Origin: a virus
Taxonomy: Duplodnaviria > Caudoviricetes
Direction: 5' to 3' (one strand)
IMG/VR virus record: IMGVR_UViG_3300040733_000015
Span: 1 to 53,203 of that record
DNA: 53,203 nt
Shown: positions 1 through 7,343 of the stretch, one piece after another
Layout: every line of letters starts with the position of its first letter
How positions within the stretch are numbered: position 1 is the first letter of the stretch
Translations under genes and position numbers: made by a program
The notes under the pieces: model-generated
Database searches by the model: none
The model's input: only the letters and a program-made list of their open reading frames with translations
Told to the model about the DNA's origin: nothing

Positions 1-563
1 TACCCGGTGTTGGTCGCTGCCGACCGGTCCCCGGTGTTGGTCGCTGCCGACCGGTACCCGGTGTTGGTCGCTGCCGACCGGTCCCCGGTGTTGGTCGCTG
101 CCGACCGGTCCCCGGTGTTGGTCGCTGCCGACTGGTCCCCGGTGTTGGTCGCTGCCGACCGGTACCCGGTGTTGGTCGCTGCCGACCGGTCCCCGGTGTT
201 GGATTCCTTGCTATTGGCCCAATCAACCTTATCGAGTACAAATTTCACGCCGGCATTTATGATGTCGCTAATCCCAATCTCCGCGCCGATGCGGATTTTT
301 TGTACGGCGACCTTGCTGTCCTCGTTGCTACGGTCTGATTGGCCGTCGCCCTCAACCTCGTGGTATTTGCTATCGGTCGGAGCGTAGTAGCCAAAAACGT
401 CAAGCGGAAACTCGCAAAAATGGAACCCGCCCCGACCCTGTCTTAAATCATCGATACCGGGACAACACTTTACTTCCCCAGGGTGCTCATACTCCTTGCC
501 TGTCTCGTATTGATAACCCTGGCATTTCAGGTCTTTGTCAAACCCCTTGAAGCCTTTTATCAT
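1..563 (-). CDS. Phage protein (DUF7666-like) with GDRSAATNT repeats, 3' end outside window
   Basis: Not in ORF track; ATG at 563 reads MIKGFKGFDKDLKCQGYQYETGKEYEH...GFHFCEFPLDVFGYY...VDWANSKESNTGDRSAATNTGYRSAATNT. Confidence 0.8.
   Translation of the reverse strand, partial: MIKGFKGFDKDLKCQGYQYETGKEYEHPGEVKCCPGIDDLRQGRGGFHFCEFPLDVFGYYAPTDSKYHEVEGDGQSDRSNEDSKVAVQKIRIGAEIGISDIINAGVKFVLDKVDWANSKESNTGDRSAATNTGYRSAATNTGDQSAATNTGDRSAATNTGDRSAATNTGYRSAATNTGDRSAATNTG
4..202. repeat. 27-bp coding tandem repeat, ~7.4 copies
   Basis: Unit ccggtgttggtcgctgccgaccggtcc with single-base variants; encodes G(D/Y)(R/Q)SAATNT on the minus strand. Confidence 0.95.
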
Positions 564-592
564 TGACTTACCGCCTCTCTTTCTGGTAGAAT
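563..592 (+). promoter_or_regulatory. Antisense sigma-A promoter
   Basis: TTGACT-N18-TAGAAT with TG extended -10. Confidence 0.55.
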
Positions 593-598
593 CTTTAT

Positions 599-643
599 AG
601 GTAAATTACTTTACCGCTCTCAAATGGGCGGCATTTTCTTTTT
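599..643 (+). ncRNA. Candidate short antisense (OOP-like) RNA
   Basis: Promoter 563-592 followed by ccgctc/gggcgg hairpin and T-tract; antisense to the 3' end of 606..1124. Confidence 0.4.
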
Positions 644-1124
644 GGTGGCAGTTAAAGCCGTTCCGCGTCAAGGACATCTTTAGTTCCTTCGCCCCCACTT
701 CCACCTCTGTTATGGCTATTACCGCCGGTTTCGTCAGGGGATATTCATCCGCTGTGATTATGCCGTCCCTTGTGACGGCTACAAGGACGTCCCTAACCCC
801 CTCCACCCTGTTGAATATGTTAATCCTGTGCAGGAAGTCCAGAAGCGCGGCCTGCAGGGGTTTATGCCCTACCTTCGGATACCGCCTTGCCCCTAAAGGA
901 CATATATGGCTGCAATGAATTTCATGCAGCTCATAGTCGTTATAGCCATTCTCCATTTTGAGAATGTTCTCAGGGGAAGGGATCCTCTGGTAAGATTCAA
1001 ACAACGCAAGTGAGCTTGCATCAATGCCTGTATGTTCCTCTGCTGTATCCCTGCTGGTTATACCTGCGTTTATCCTTGATTGGTAATAGACGTTATCAGC
1101 GCATAATGTGGATTTTTTACCCAT
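606..1124 (-). CDS. XRE-type HTH phage regulator with CII-like C-terminal region
   Basis: HTH-like N-terminus (SRDTAEEHTGIDASSLALFES..RIP), HCxxxCPLG, DGIITADE; RBS aaagggggtg. Confidence 0.6.
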   Translation of the reverse strand: MGKKSTLCADNVYYQSRINAGITSRDTAEEHTGIDASSLALFESYQRIPSPENILKMENGYNDYELHEIHCSHICPLGARRYPKVGHKPLQAALLDFLHRINIFNRVEGVRDVLVAVTRDGIITADEYPLTKPAVIAITEVEVGAKELKMSLTRNGFNCHQKENAAHLRAVK

Positions 1125-1233
1125 TTATTCCACCCCCTTTCTGTGATAGATTTAATTCAGATAACAAGCCCCCGCTTGACATAAGTCCCATAACCTCCGG
1201 TGGTACGGCCTAGCTGCCGGAGGCCGCCCCCCC

Positions 1234-1485
1234 TTAGCCGGTATAGATGTTTTCGGAATTGCGCATCCTGCTCCGATACCTCAAACTAGTTCTGGCTGTC
1301 GGCCTCCACCTGTGGGCAAAGATGACCGTGCCGGTGGGGAGAATCTTCTTCACAGTGTTCAGCGCCTTGATCAGCTGTCTCATGCACTCTCTCCTAGATG
1401 CTGCCGCGAAGATGCTCCGCATAATTCGGTCAATGTCGTCGTATTCATCGTAGAAAAAAGAATCATATGGAAGATAGCCCCACAA
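1234..1485 (-). CDS. Hypothetical early protein
   Basis: RBS gaggtg upstream of GTG; same strand as early operon. Confidence 0.5.
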   Translation of the reverse strand: MWGYLPYDSFFYDEYDDIDRIMRSIFAAASRRECMRQLIKALNTVKKILPTGTVIFAHRWRPTARTSLRYRSRMRNSENIYTG

Positions 1486-1577
1486 TATTTATCCACCTCG
1501 CTTTCGCGCTAATCTACATTCCCGGCCCGGTCTCCTATCCCCAGGCCGGAGGAATCGAACCTGCCGCAAGTGCGGCG

Positions 1578-1772
1578 CTAATACCCAAAATTCCACGGAC
1601 CCCAAATCAGCACCGCCAGCCAGAACGCCACGCAGAACAGCACCGCGAACAGCGTCCCGAAGTTGAGTCCCGCCTTGCGCCGGTTCCAGGTCCAGCGTTT
1701 TTCCGACAACCCCAGCGGCCTGATGCTGCTGATGGGTCGCGGTGAGCGGTCGATGTAGATGACTTTGCCCAA
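1578..1772 (-). CDS. Small membrane protein
   Basis: aggagg RBS before TTG; C-terminal hydrophobic helix. Confidence 0.55.
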   Translation of the reverse strand: MGKVIYIDRSPRPISSIRPLGLSEKRWTWNRRKAGLNFGTLFAVLFCVAFWLAVLIWGPWNFGY

Positions 1773-1784
1773 TGTTTTCACCTC

Positions 1785-1988
1785 CTAACTTGCCTGCGCA
1801 TTCTCCGCTGCCCCCAGCCAGGCCAAAAACCTAGGCTTCGGGATGATGTGCTTGTTGCCAACCCTTTCAGAGGGAAACTTTTTGCTCCTGAAAAGACGAT
1901 ATACCTGATTCATTCGGCATTCAGGCCAGCCAAAAGCCTCCAGCACATCCCTCGGGGTCAGCACTAATGGCATTTTGTCGTAGTCCAT
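1785..1988 (-). CDS. Excisionase-like HTH protein
   Basis: PLVLTPRDV...VYRLF...FPSERVGNKHIIPK..F..WL pattern; directly after cro. Confidence 0.75.
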   Translation of the reverse strand: MDYDKMPLVLTPRDVLEAFGWPECRMNQVYRLFRSKKFPSERVGNKHIIPKPRFLAWLGAAENAQAS

Positions 1989-2000
1989 GATCTGTGCCTC

Positions 2001-2228
2001 CTAACTGACCTTAGATTGTGCATCAAGCAATTTGCTAACAGTCACCCCTAGTGCTTTGGCAAGTTTCTGCAACGTGCTCAGAGAACCGGGGGTGTGTCCC
2101 TTCTCGATTTTGCAAATAAGCGAATCATCCACCTCGACCATTTCGGCAAGCTGAGACTGGGTTAAACCCTTATTTTCCCTCAAGGATTTAATTTTCTCGC
2201 CTAGAATAAATAAATTTAATTGAGTCAT
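2001..2228 (-). CDS. Cro-like XRE repressor
   Basis: LRENKGLTQSQLAEMVEVDDSLICKIEKG HTH; divergent from cI; RBS ggaggtg. Confidence 0.85.
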   Translation of the reverse strand: MTQLNLFILGEKIKSLRENKGLTQSQLAEMVEVDDSLICKIEKGHTPGSLSTLQKLAKALGVTVSKLLDAQSKVS

Positions 2229-2247
2229 GTTCACACCTCCTGGGCAT

Positions 2248-2276
2248 ATTATATTGAAATGATTTCAATATGTCAA
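2248..2276 (-). promoter_or_regulatory. Lytic early promoter, perfect sigma-A consensus
   Basis: Minus strand TTGACA-N17-TATAAT upstream of cro. Confidence 0.9.
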
Positions 2277-2302
2277 TATAAATTATTGAAAAGATTTCAA
2301 TA
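2251..2302. promoter_or_regulatory. Two palindromic repressor operators
   Basis: atattgaaat-g-atttcaatat (2251-2271) and tattgaaaa-g-atttcaata (2284-2302). Confidence 0.85.
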
Positions 2303-2368
2303 TTGTTCTCGGGAATTGGTCTGATATATTATTAATTGAACACAATTCAGTATACGGAAGTGTTAAAT

Positions 2369-2899
2369 ATGAATTACGGCGAACGACTAAAGCATTTTAG
2401 AGAAACATCCGGCTTGTCTGGAAGGCAATTAGCAATCATGGTTGGGCTTGACCCATCAGCCATAACAAAAATCGAACACGATAACACTAAGCCCTCTCTC
2501 GGCTCCCTGGAAAAAATTTGCGGCGCCCTGAACATAACGCTGGTGCAGTTTTTTGACATAGGCGATAACCTCAAACTATTGCCACCCAACCTAAGAGACT
2601 TCGTAACAAAAAAAGAAAACCAGGGCCTCTTGAAGCTCATAAAGACCATGGTTGATGAAGGCTATTCCACTGAGGTCATTGAAGAGTGGATTGTTGCATT
2701 GAGCAAAAGCCTAGATTCTATAAAAAATAAATATAATGCGCCTTCCCAAACAACAGGACGAGGAATCTGGATAGATGAAGAATTACTGCCAAAAGAATCC
2801 AGGGGTAAATTTACCGCTGAGGAAATAAGGATTGCCTTAGAGTTGCACCGAAAAAGAATTAATGATCCGGGTTTTATTCCGCCGTGGAAGCAAAAATGA
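2369..2899 (+). CDS. CI-like XRE repressor
   Basis: GERLKHFRETSGLSGRQLA...AITKIEHDNTKPS HTH; divergent from cro; start reassigned to ATG 2369. Confidence 0.85.
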   Translation: MNYGERLKHFRETSGLSGRQLAIMVGLDPSAITKIEHDNTKPSLGSLEKICGALNITLVQFFDIGDNLKLLPPNLRDFVTKKENQGLLKLIKTMVDEGYSTEVIEEWIVALSKSLDSIKNKYNAPSQTTGRGIWIDEELLPKESRGKFTAEEIRIALELHRKRINDPGFIPPWKQK

Positions 2900-3034
2900 G
2901 ACCTAAGTCCTAAGGGAGTCCCCTAGAAATTATTGCGTATTTCCGTATATAATTAATAAGCAAGTCTTATTATGTCGAAAGAGACATTACATCATGGGGC
3001 GAAGACAGAATTTTGCATGTACTAAATAATATAT

Positions 3035-3062
3035 AAACCACCCTGCTTAAGGGGTGGTTTTG
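3035..3062 (+). terminator. Intrinsic terminator
   Basis: aaaccaccc/gggtggttt hairpin followed by T-rich tract. Confidence 0.75.
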
Positions 3063-3157
3063 TTTTTGGTATGTAATATTTTGTCGAATGTCGTCGCCTT
3101 CCTTTCGACACAAAACAAGGGGGGGTGGATTCTGTGAAGGAGAAGGAGGTAGTGTTT

Positions 3158-3244
3158 GTGCCAGATTTACCAGTAAGCTATATTGAGCTTGAGTATGTTG
3201 TGTTGGTCAATGCGGCGTATTACATTGAACTGCTAAATAGTTAG
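3158..3244 (+). CDS. Candidate 28-aa peptide upstream of integrase
   Basis: AAGGAGGT RBS then GTG; MPDLPVSYIELEYVVLVNAAYYIELLNS. Confidence 0.4.
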   Translation: MPDLPVSYIELEYVVLVNAAYYIELLNS

Positions 3245-3342
3245 ATTGAAAATTAACACTACAAAGCGCCCTCAATTGCCTAGAATATGGATATAGACAA
3301 TCGGTAACATTATTGTTAAATTTAAGAGGGGGAGGGTGGATA

Positions 3343-4575
3343 ATGTCAAAGTCGGACAACGAAAAGACAAAGCCAAAGAAAAAGAGGCGCGGCAGGGGTG
3401 AAGGGTCGGTTCGCTGGATTGAAGAAAAGCAGTTATGGCAGGCTAGGTACCCGGTAGGCATTAGTGAGGATGGCAAAACAATTTACAAGAGCATTTACGG
3501 CAAGAAAAAGACCGGGCCAGGCGGCGTTATTGATCTAATGAGGGATGCCCTGCAAGCTCTCGGCAAGGGAACCTATGTTGATCCATCGGACAAGCCTCTG
3601 ATAGCCTGGTGCCGGGAATGGTATGAGACCTATAAAGAAGCCACTATTAAGGCCAACACCAAGGAGAAGTACAAAACAACCTTAAAGCGGCTGGAGAAAT
3701 CAGAAATAGCAAACATGAGATTGAAAGACCTCAGCCTGGAACTTATACAAAAATACTATAACAGCCTTAAAAAGAAGGGGAAGTCAGAGGAAACGATCCG
3801 GGCCACCCACAGCCTTGTAAGCGGTGCATTAAATAAAGCAGAAGAAACGAACCGGATAATCAAGAATCCGGCGCGGCATGTGATTATTCCGAAGGACGAT
3901 GACGATGAGGACAAAGAAGCCAAGGCATTGACCGAAAAGGAACGTGATGCCTTTATGTATGAAATGGGCCGCCGCAGTCACTACTATATGTTTGCACTAT
4001 TCACCGAGAATACCGGCCTGCGCCCCGGTGAAGCCGTTGCCCTGACCCGTGCGGACCTGGATTGCAAGAATAACAAGGTGAAGATCAACAAGACCTTTGT
4101 TAGGTATCTGGAAAGCAAGGAGAACAGCCCAAAGACCAGGACCAGCAAAAGGATAGTGCCGGTCCCTGGGAGCATTATGAGACTGATGAAAGAGTATATG
4201 CTCAAGCAGAAAAATCAGGGTGATAAAGATCCTCTGTTTCAGTCTGCCAAGGGAACCCAGCTCAGCCCCAGGAACCTTCTCAGGCAGTTTAAGGTAGTCG
4301 GAGAGAGGATCGGGTGCCCATGGGTAAACCTGCATACCATGCGGCATACTTACGCCTCCAGGCTGTTTAAGGAGAAGGTTGACATAAAAACAATAAGCGA
4401 GCTGCTGGGCCACAAGAAAGTGTCCACAACCTATGATATATATGTTCACTTCATAGACAATACCGTTGAGGAATCGGTCCAGGTGCTGAATACCGGACTG
4501 CCGGAAACCCTGCCCGAAAAGAGCCGGAAGAAAAAAGACAATGTTGTGGACATCCAAAAAGCTAGTAGCCATTAA
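3343..4575 (+). CDS. int: Tyrosine integrase
   Basis: RRGRGEGSV arm-binding N-terminus; GLRPGE, HTMRH, LGH, TYDIY catalytic motifs. Confidence 0.96.
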   Translation: MSKSDNEKTKPKKKRRGRGEGSVRWIEEKQLWQARYPVGISEDGKTIYKSIYGKKKTGPGGVIDLMRDALQALGKGTYVDPSDKPLIAWCREWYETYKEATIKANTKEKYKTTLKRLEKSEIANMRLKDLSLELIQKYYNSLKKKGKSEETIRATHSLVSGALNKAEETNRIIKNPARHVIIPKDDDDEDKEAKALTEKERDAFMYEMGRRSHYYMFALFTENTGLRPGEAVALTRADLDCKNNKVKINKTFVRYLESKENSPKTRTSKRIVPVPGSIMRLMKEYMLKQKNQGDKDPLFQSAKGTQLSPRNLLRQFKVVGERIGCPWVNLHTMRHTYASRLFKEKVDIKTISELLGHKKVSTTYDIYVHFIDNTVEESVQVLNTGLPETLPEKSRKKKDNVVDIQKASSH

Positions 4576-4585
4576 GTAGCCATTA
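4564..4585. repeat. Integrase arm-type sites (left)
   Basis: agtagccatta x2 in tandem. Confidence 0.8.
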
Positions 4586-4650
4586 CGAATCGTTTTTTTC
4601 TGTTTTGACTTGTCGCAAATCGTTGTTTTTATCGTTGGTTCAGGACACAG

Positions 4651-4694
4651 AAAAACCCCGGAACGCTTATTTATCAAGCATTCGCGGGGTTTTG
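4651..4694. terminator. Bidirectional terminator between int and att core
   Basis: aaaaccccg...cggggtttt hairpin with A/T tracts on both sides. Confidence 0.7.
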
Positions 4695-4697
4695 TTT

Positions 4698-4752
4698 TGG
4701 AGCCACTAATCGGGATTGAACCGATGACCTCATCCTTACCAAGGATGCGCTC
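4698..4752 (-). other. attP core: 3' 55 nt of tRNA-Thr(GGU), not a complete tRNA
   Basis: Minus strand GAGCG-CATCC-TTGGTAA-GGATG-AGGTC-ATCGG-TTCAATC-CCGAT-TAGTGGC-TCCA: anticodon arm, T arm and CCA end. Confidence 0.92.
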
Positions 4753-4806
4753 AAAAAGTCCATCAGCCCTTTAAAACAGGTGGCTGCAGGGATCGTAATT
4801 TTTCCG

Positions 4807-4828
4807 AGTAGCCATTAAGTAGCCATTA
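4807..4828. repeat. Integrase arm-type sites (right)
   Basis: agtagccatta x2, identical to 4564-4585. Confidence 0.8.
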
Positions 4829-4831
4829 ACG

Positions 4832-4860
4832 ATTTTAGCAGAAATATTTTGGACTGTCAA
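4832..4860 (-). promoter_or_regulatory. Sigma-A promoter pointing through the att core
   Basis: TTGACA-N17-TAAAAT with TG extended -10. Confidence 0.7.
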
Positions 4861-4968
4861 CACTCATTCAGAAAGCACCTTAAACAGAACAAAGGCAAGC
4901 ACACAAAAAACCGATCCGGCTATAAGCAAACCCAGCACCGAACTGTCTTTCAAACCAACACCCCCCCC

Positions 4969-5724
4969 CTATGTTTTCCTTGAGGCAAAAACGTAGCTGT
5001 CATAGATCCCCCTATGCCGATCTTTGAAAGACGACACGTATATCTTCGTCTCAAACCCTATCTCAGCCAGCATATCATATATGTCTATCCCGTATGACCT
5101 GTAGGCCAGAATCTTCCCCCGGATCTTATCTCCGTGGTACTGCGGAGGAAATAGGTGAACGTCCTCCGGCCCAGACGTGTCCACCCTGATAAAAGCCTCC
5201 CTGTCGAAGTGATACGGCACGGTGAAAACGTGGTACCCTCCGGGCCCCAGAACCCTTTGCACCTCAGCAAAACCCTTCTTGTAATCCCTCACATGCTCGA
5301 ACACGTCCTCGGTGATCACAAAATCAAAGCTGTTGTCAGCAAAGGAAAGCCGCTCCATGTCCTGACAGTACACGTTTTTTCTGATTTCCGTGCCGGGCTC
5401 CGTGTATGGAAAAAACGCCGAACATATATAATTGTCCCTGCCATGCAGCACCTTGTAGAACGAATCCTCTATGTCGGCGTTGTAGATAGTGATGCCTTTG
5501 GGGATCTTTTTGACACAGCTAACCCCCAACAAGTCAATTATTACCTGCGCCACATGGCGTTTTCTCGCCCTGCTCTGGCAGAATACGCAGTATAGATTGT
5601 TCCTGAGCCATTCCCGGTCTGTGCAGAGGAATATGGTGGGCTTATTGCAAATGTTGCACCTGCCCACAAGGTGATATTTTGCGTTGAGTATAATTGATTT
5701 TATATGCCGTGCCACGTCAGGCAA
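4969..5724 (-). CDS. Class I SAM-dependent methyltransferase-like moron with N-terminal Cys pairs
   Basis: CNIC..CVFC; QDMERLSFADNSFDFVITEDVFEHV..RVLGPGG..FTVP. Confidence 0.8.
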   Translation of the reverse strand: MPDVARHIKSIILNAKYHLVGRCNICNKPTIFLCTDREWLRNNLYCVFCQSRARKRHVAQVIIDLLGVSCVKKIPKGITIYNADIEDSFYKVLHGRDNYICSAFFPYTEPGTEIRKNVYCQDMERLSFADNSFDFVITEDVFEHVRDYKKGFAEVQRVLGPGGYHVFTVPYHFDREAFIRVDTSGPEDVHLFPPQYHGDKIRGKILAYRSYGIDIYDMLAEIGFETKIYVSSFKDRHRGIYDSYVFASRKT

Positions 5725-5785
5725 AAGACCAACTCCTTTTTTGGTTTCGGCATTATTCTACCATATATTTTAATGTTTGGGCAAA

Positions 5786-5816
5786 ATAAAAAAGCCCCAG
5801 GCCGAAGCCCAGGGCT
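5786..5816 (-). terminator. Terminator of late/lysis operon
   Basis: agccctgggc-ttcg-gcctggggct followed by T-run. Confidence 0.8.
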
Positions 5817-5844
5817 GGTGTGTTATTTCACGTGAAAATATTTA

Positions 5845-6195
5845 TTATGAAGGCGGTTCATTCGCCGGTTTGAAGAATTGTACTAATTTGTCTTTTAACG
5901 CTTCTACTCCAAACTTTACCGTTATAATAGTGGTCATAAAGTAAAATACAGGCTTAAAGCTGTCGTCTGCCAGTGTCAGCAACGCTGTTATAAATAACAC
6001 TCCGATGTATGGCAGTATATTGGCAATCAAAAACTTGGGCGCCAGGCGAATGTCGAACTCACCTTTAGTCACGGCCAGCACCCACGTAATGGCCGCGTCC
6101 CCCACAATGGCGAAGAAGGCCAGCTTTAGGGCGGCCAGCACCAGCGGGTCAAACATGGCCAGCAGAAATACTATTGACAATTGGAAATCTAACAT
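5845..6195 (-). CDS. Putative holin
   Basis: 116 aa, 3-4 hydrophobic helices, end of lysis cassette. Confidence 0.6.
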   Translation of the reverse strand: MLDFQLSIVFLLAMFDPLVLAALKLAFFAIVGDAAITWVLAVTKGEFDIRLAPKFLIANILPYIGVLFITALLTLADDSFKPVFYFMTTIITVKFGVEALKDKLVQFFKPANEPPS

Positions 6196-6369
6196 ATTAA
6201 CATCTCCTTGTTATTTTTTGTAATACTCGCTGCCACCAGGTCAGTGGCTTTTTAGATGCTCTCTTCAATCTAACAGGCGCCGGTTTTGTTCCTTTCGGCT
6301 TGGGTAAACGTATAACGGGGAGTTGCGTAGTCTTATACTGGGGCGCATGACCACCACCACCTTTCTAAT

Positions 6370-6573
6370 TTAGTCCCACCGGATCAATCCCCATACCGCC
6401 AGCACGGTATAGAACGCGAACAGAAACGCCGAAGAATACTGCTTCTTTCGGTAGTGAACCACTGTCCACAGGGTATTGGTCACCAGCCAAATCCAAAAAC
6501 ACCAGGCTTGCTGGTTGACGTTGGCGACGGTTCCAATAATCGACGCAGCGGTTATAAGCCAGGTCCAGTTCAT
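6370..6573 (-). CDS. Small PnuC-like (half-transporter) membrane protein
   Basis: SIIGTVANV..WCFWIWLVTNTLW..Y....LFAFYTVLAVWGLIRW; start reassigned to ATG 6573. Confidence 0.6.
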   Translation of the reverse strand: MNWTWLITAASIIGTVANVNQQAWCFWIWLVTNTLWTVVHYRKKQYSSAFLFAFYTVLAVWGLIRWD

Positions 6574-6575
6574 CC

Positions 6576-7343
6576 CTATATTATCACTCCCAAAATGCCC
6601 TTTGCCTGGCTGATGAGTTGCCGCATCCTGCAATTCTCGGAGTACAGCTTATCCCTTTCAACCGCCAGCGCCGCCGCGTCAGCAGGCTCCACAATTACGG
6701 CATTCTCAGGCTGCACCCATCTTACCGTACAGCCCAAAGCCTCAGCCATCTCCCGGACGGATACCCTGCTAACACCGTTCTGGAGAGTGCCCTTAATGGC
6801 CTTCGCCCCAATTTTGATTGTAATTTCTTCCACAGCTTTCGCCTCCATCAGCAATTTAACATCGTTAACAAAATCAGCCCACAGTTTGCCGTGATCCCGA
6901 AAGTAGCCAATCGGGTCCGTGTGGTCAGTCTCGCCCCACTGCTTACTCACCCATGCGTGAGTGTTCATCTGCTCCAGGATCTCCGGATCAAGCCCATGCC
7001 GCAGGCAGATGTCAGCGGCCAACCAAACGGCCCGGTTCCAAGTTTTCCGAAATTTATCGGGGTCCGCGAAGTGGCATATCTCTATGGACAAATACCGCTT
7101 ATTCGCCGTTGGTCCGGCGTGCCAAGCCTGCAGGTTCTCGGGCAGGAGTTGGATTATAGCGATGTCATCAACAAAGTAATGCGCCGATGCGCTTCGGTCC
7201 CCGCTGTGGAAGTAATCTCTCTCATTTCGCGCTGTTGCTCCCGGCGTGGCCGTTTCGTGGATGGTCAGGCCAACCGGTTCCAATGTGGCGCCGGAGTGGT
7301 TGAGGCCAGCGGGGAGGAAGTCTTGGGTTATTGGGTATTTCAT
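6576..7343 (-). CDS. Endolysin, N-acetylmuramoyl-L-alanine amidase (Amidase_2)
   Basis: IHETAT, ASAHYFVDD, AWHAG, SIEIC, HTDP; C-terminal VREMAEALGCTVRW copper-amine-oxidase-N-like binding domain. Confidence 0.93.
   Translation of the reverse strand: MKYPITQDFLPAGLNHSGATLEPVGLTIHETATPGATARNERDYFHSGDRSASAHYFVDDIAIIQLLPENLQAWHAGPTANKRYLSIEICHFADPDKFRKTWNRAVWLAADICLRHGLDPEILEQMNTHAWVSKQWGETDHTDPIGYFRDHGKLWADFVNDVKLLMEAKAVEEITIKIGAKAIKGTLQNGVSRVSVREMAEALGCTVRWVQPENAVIVEPADAAALAVERDKLYSENCRMRQLISQAKGILGVII

Noticed and set aside
4-202. CRISPR-like array
   Set aside because: Head-to-tail repeats without spacers, in frame within a gene; no cas genes
7-387. + strand 126-aa repeat ORF
   Set aside because: Shadow of the real minus-strand gene starting at 563
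4698-4752. Functional phage tRNA-Thr
   Set aside because: Canonical 5' acceptor strand and D-arm 5' side are missing; context indicates att core
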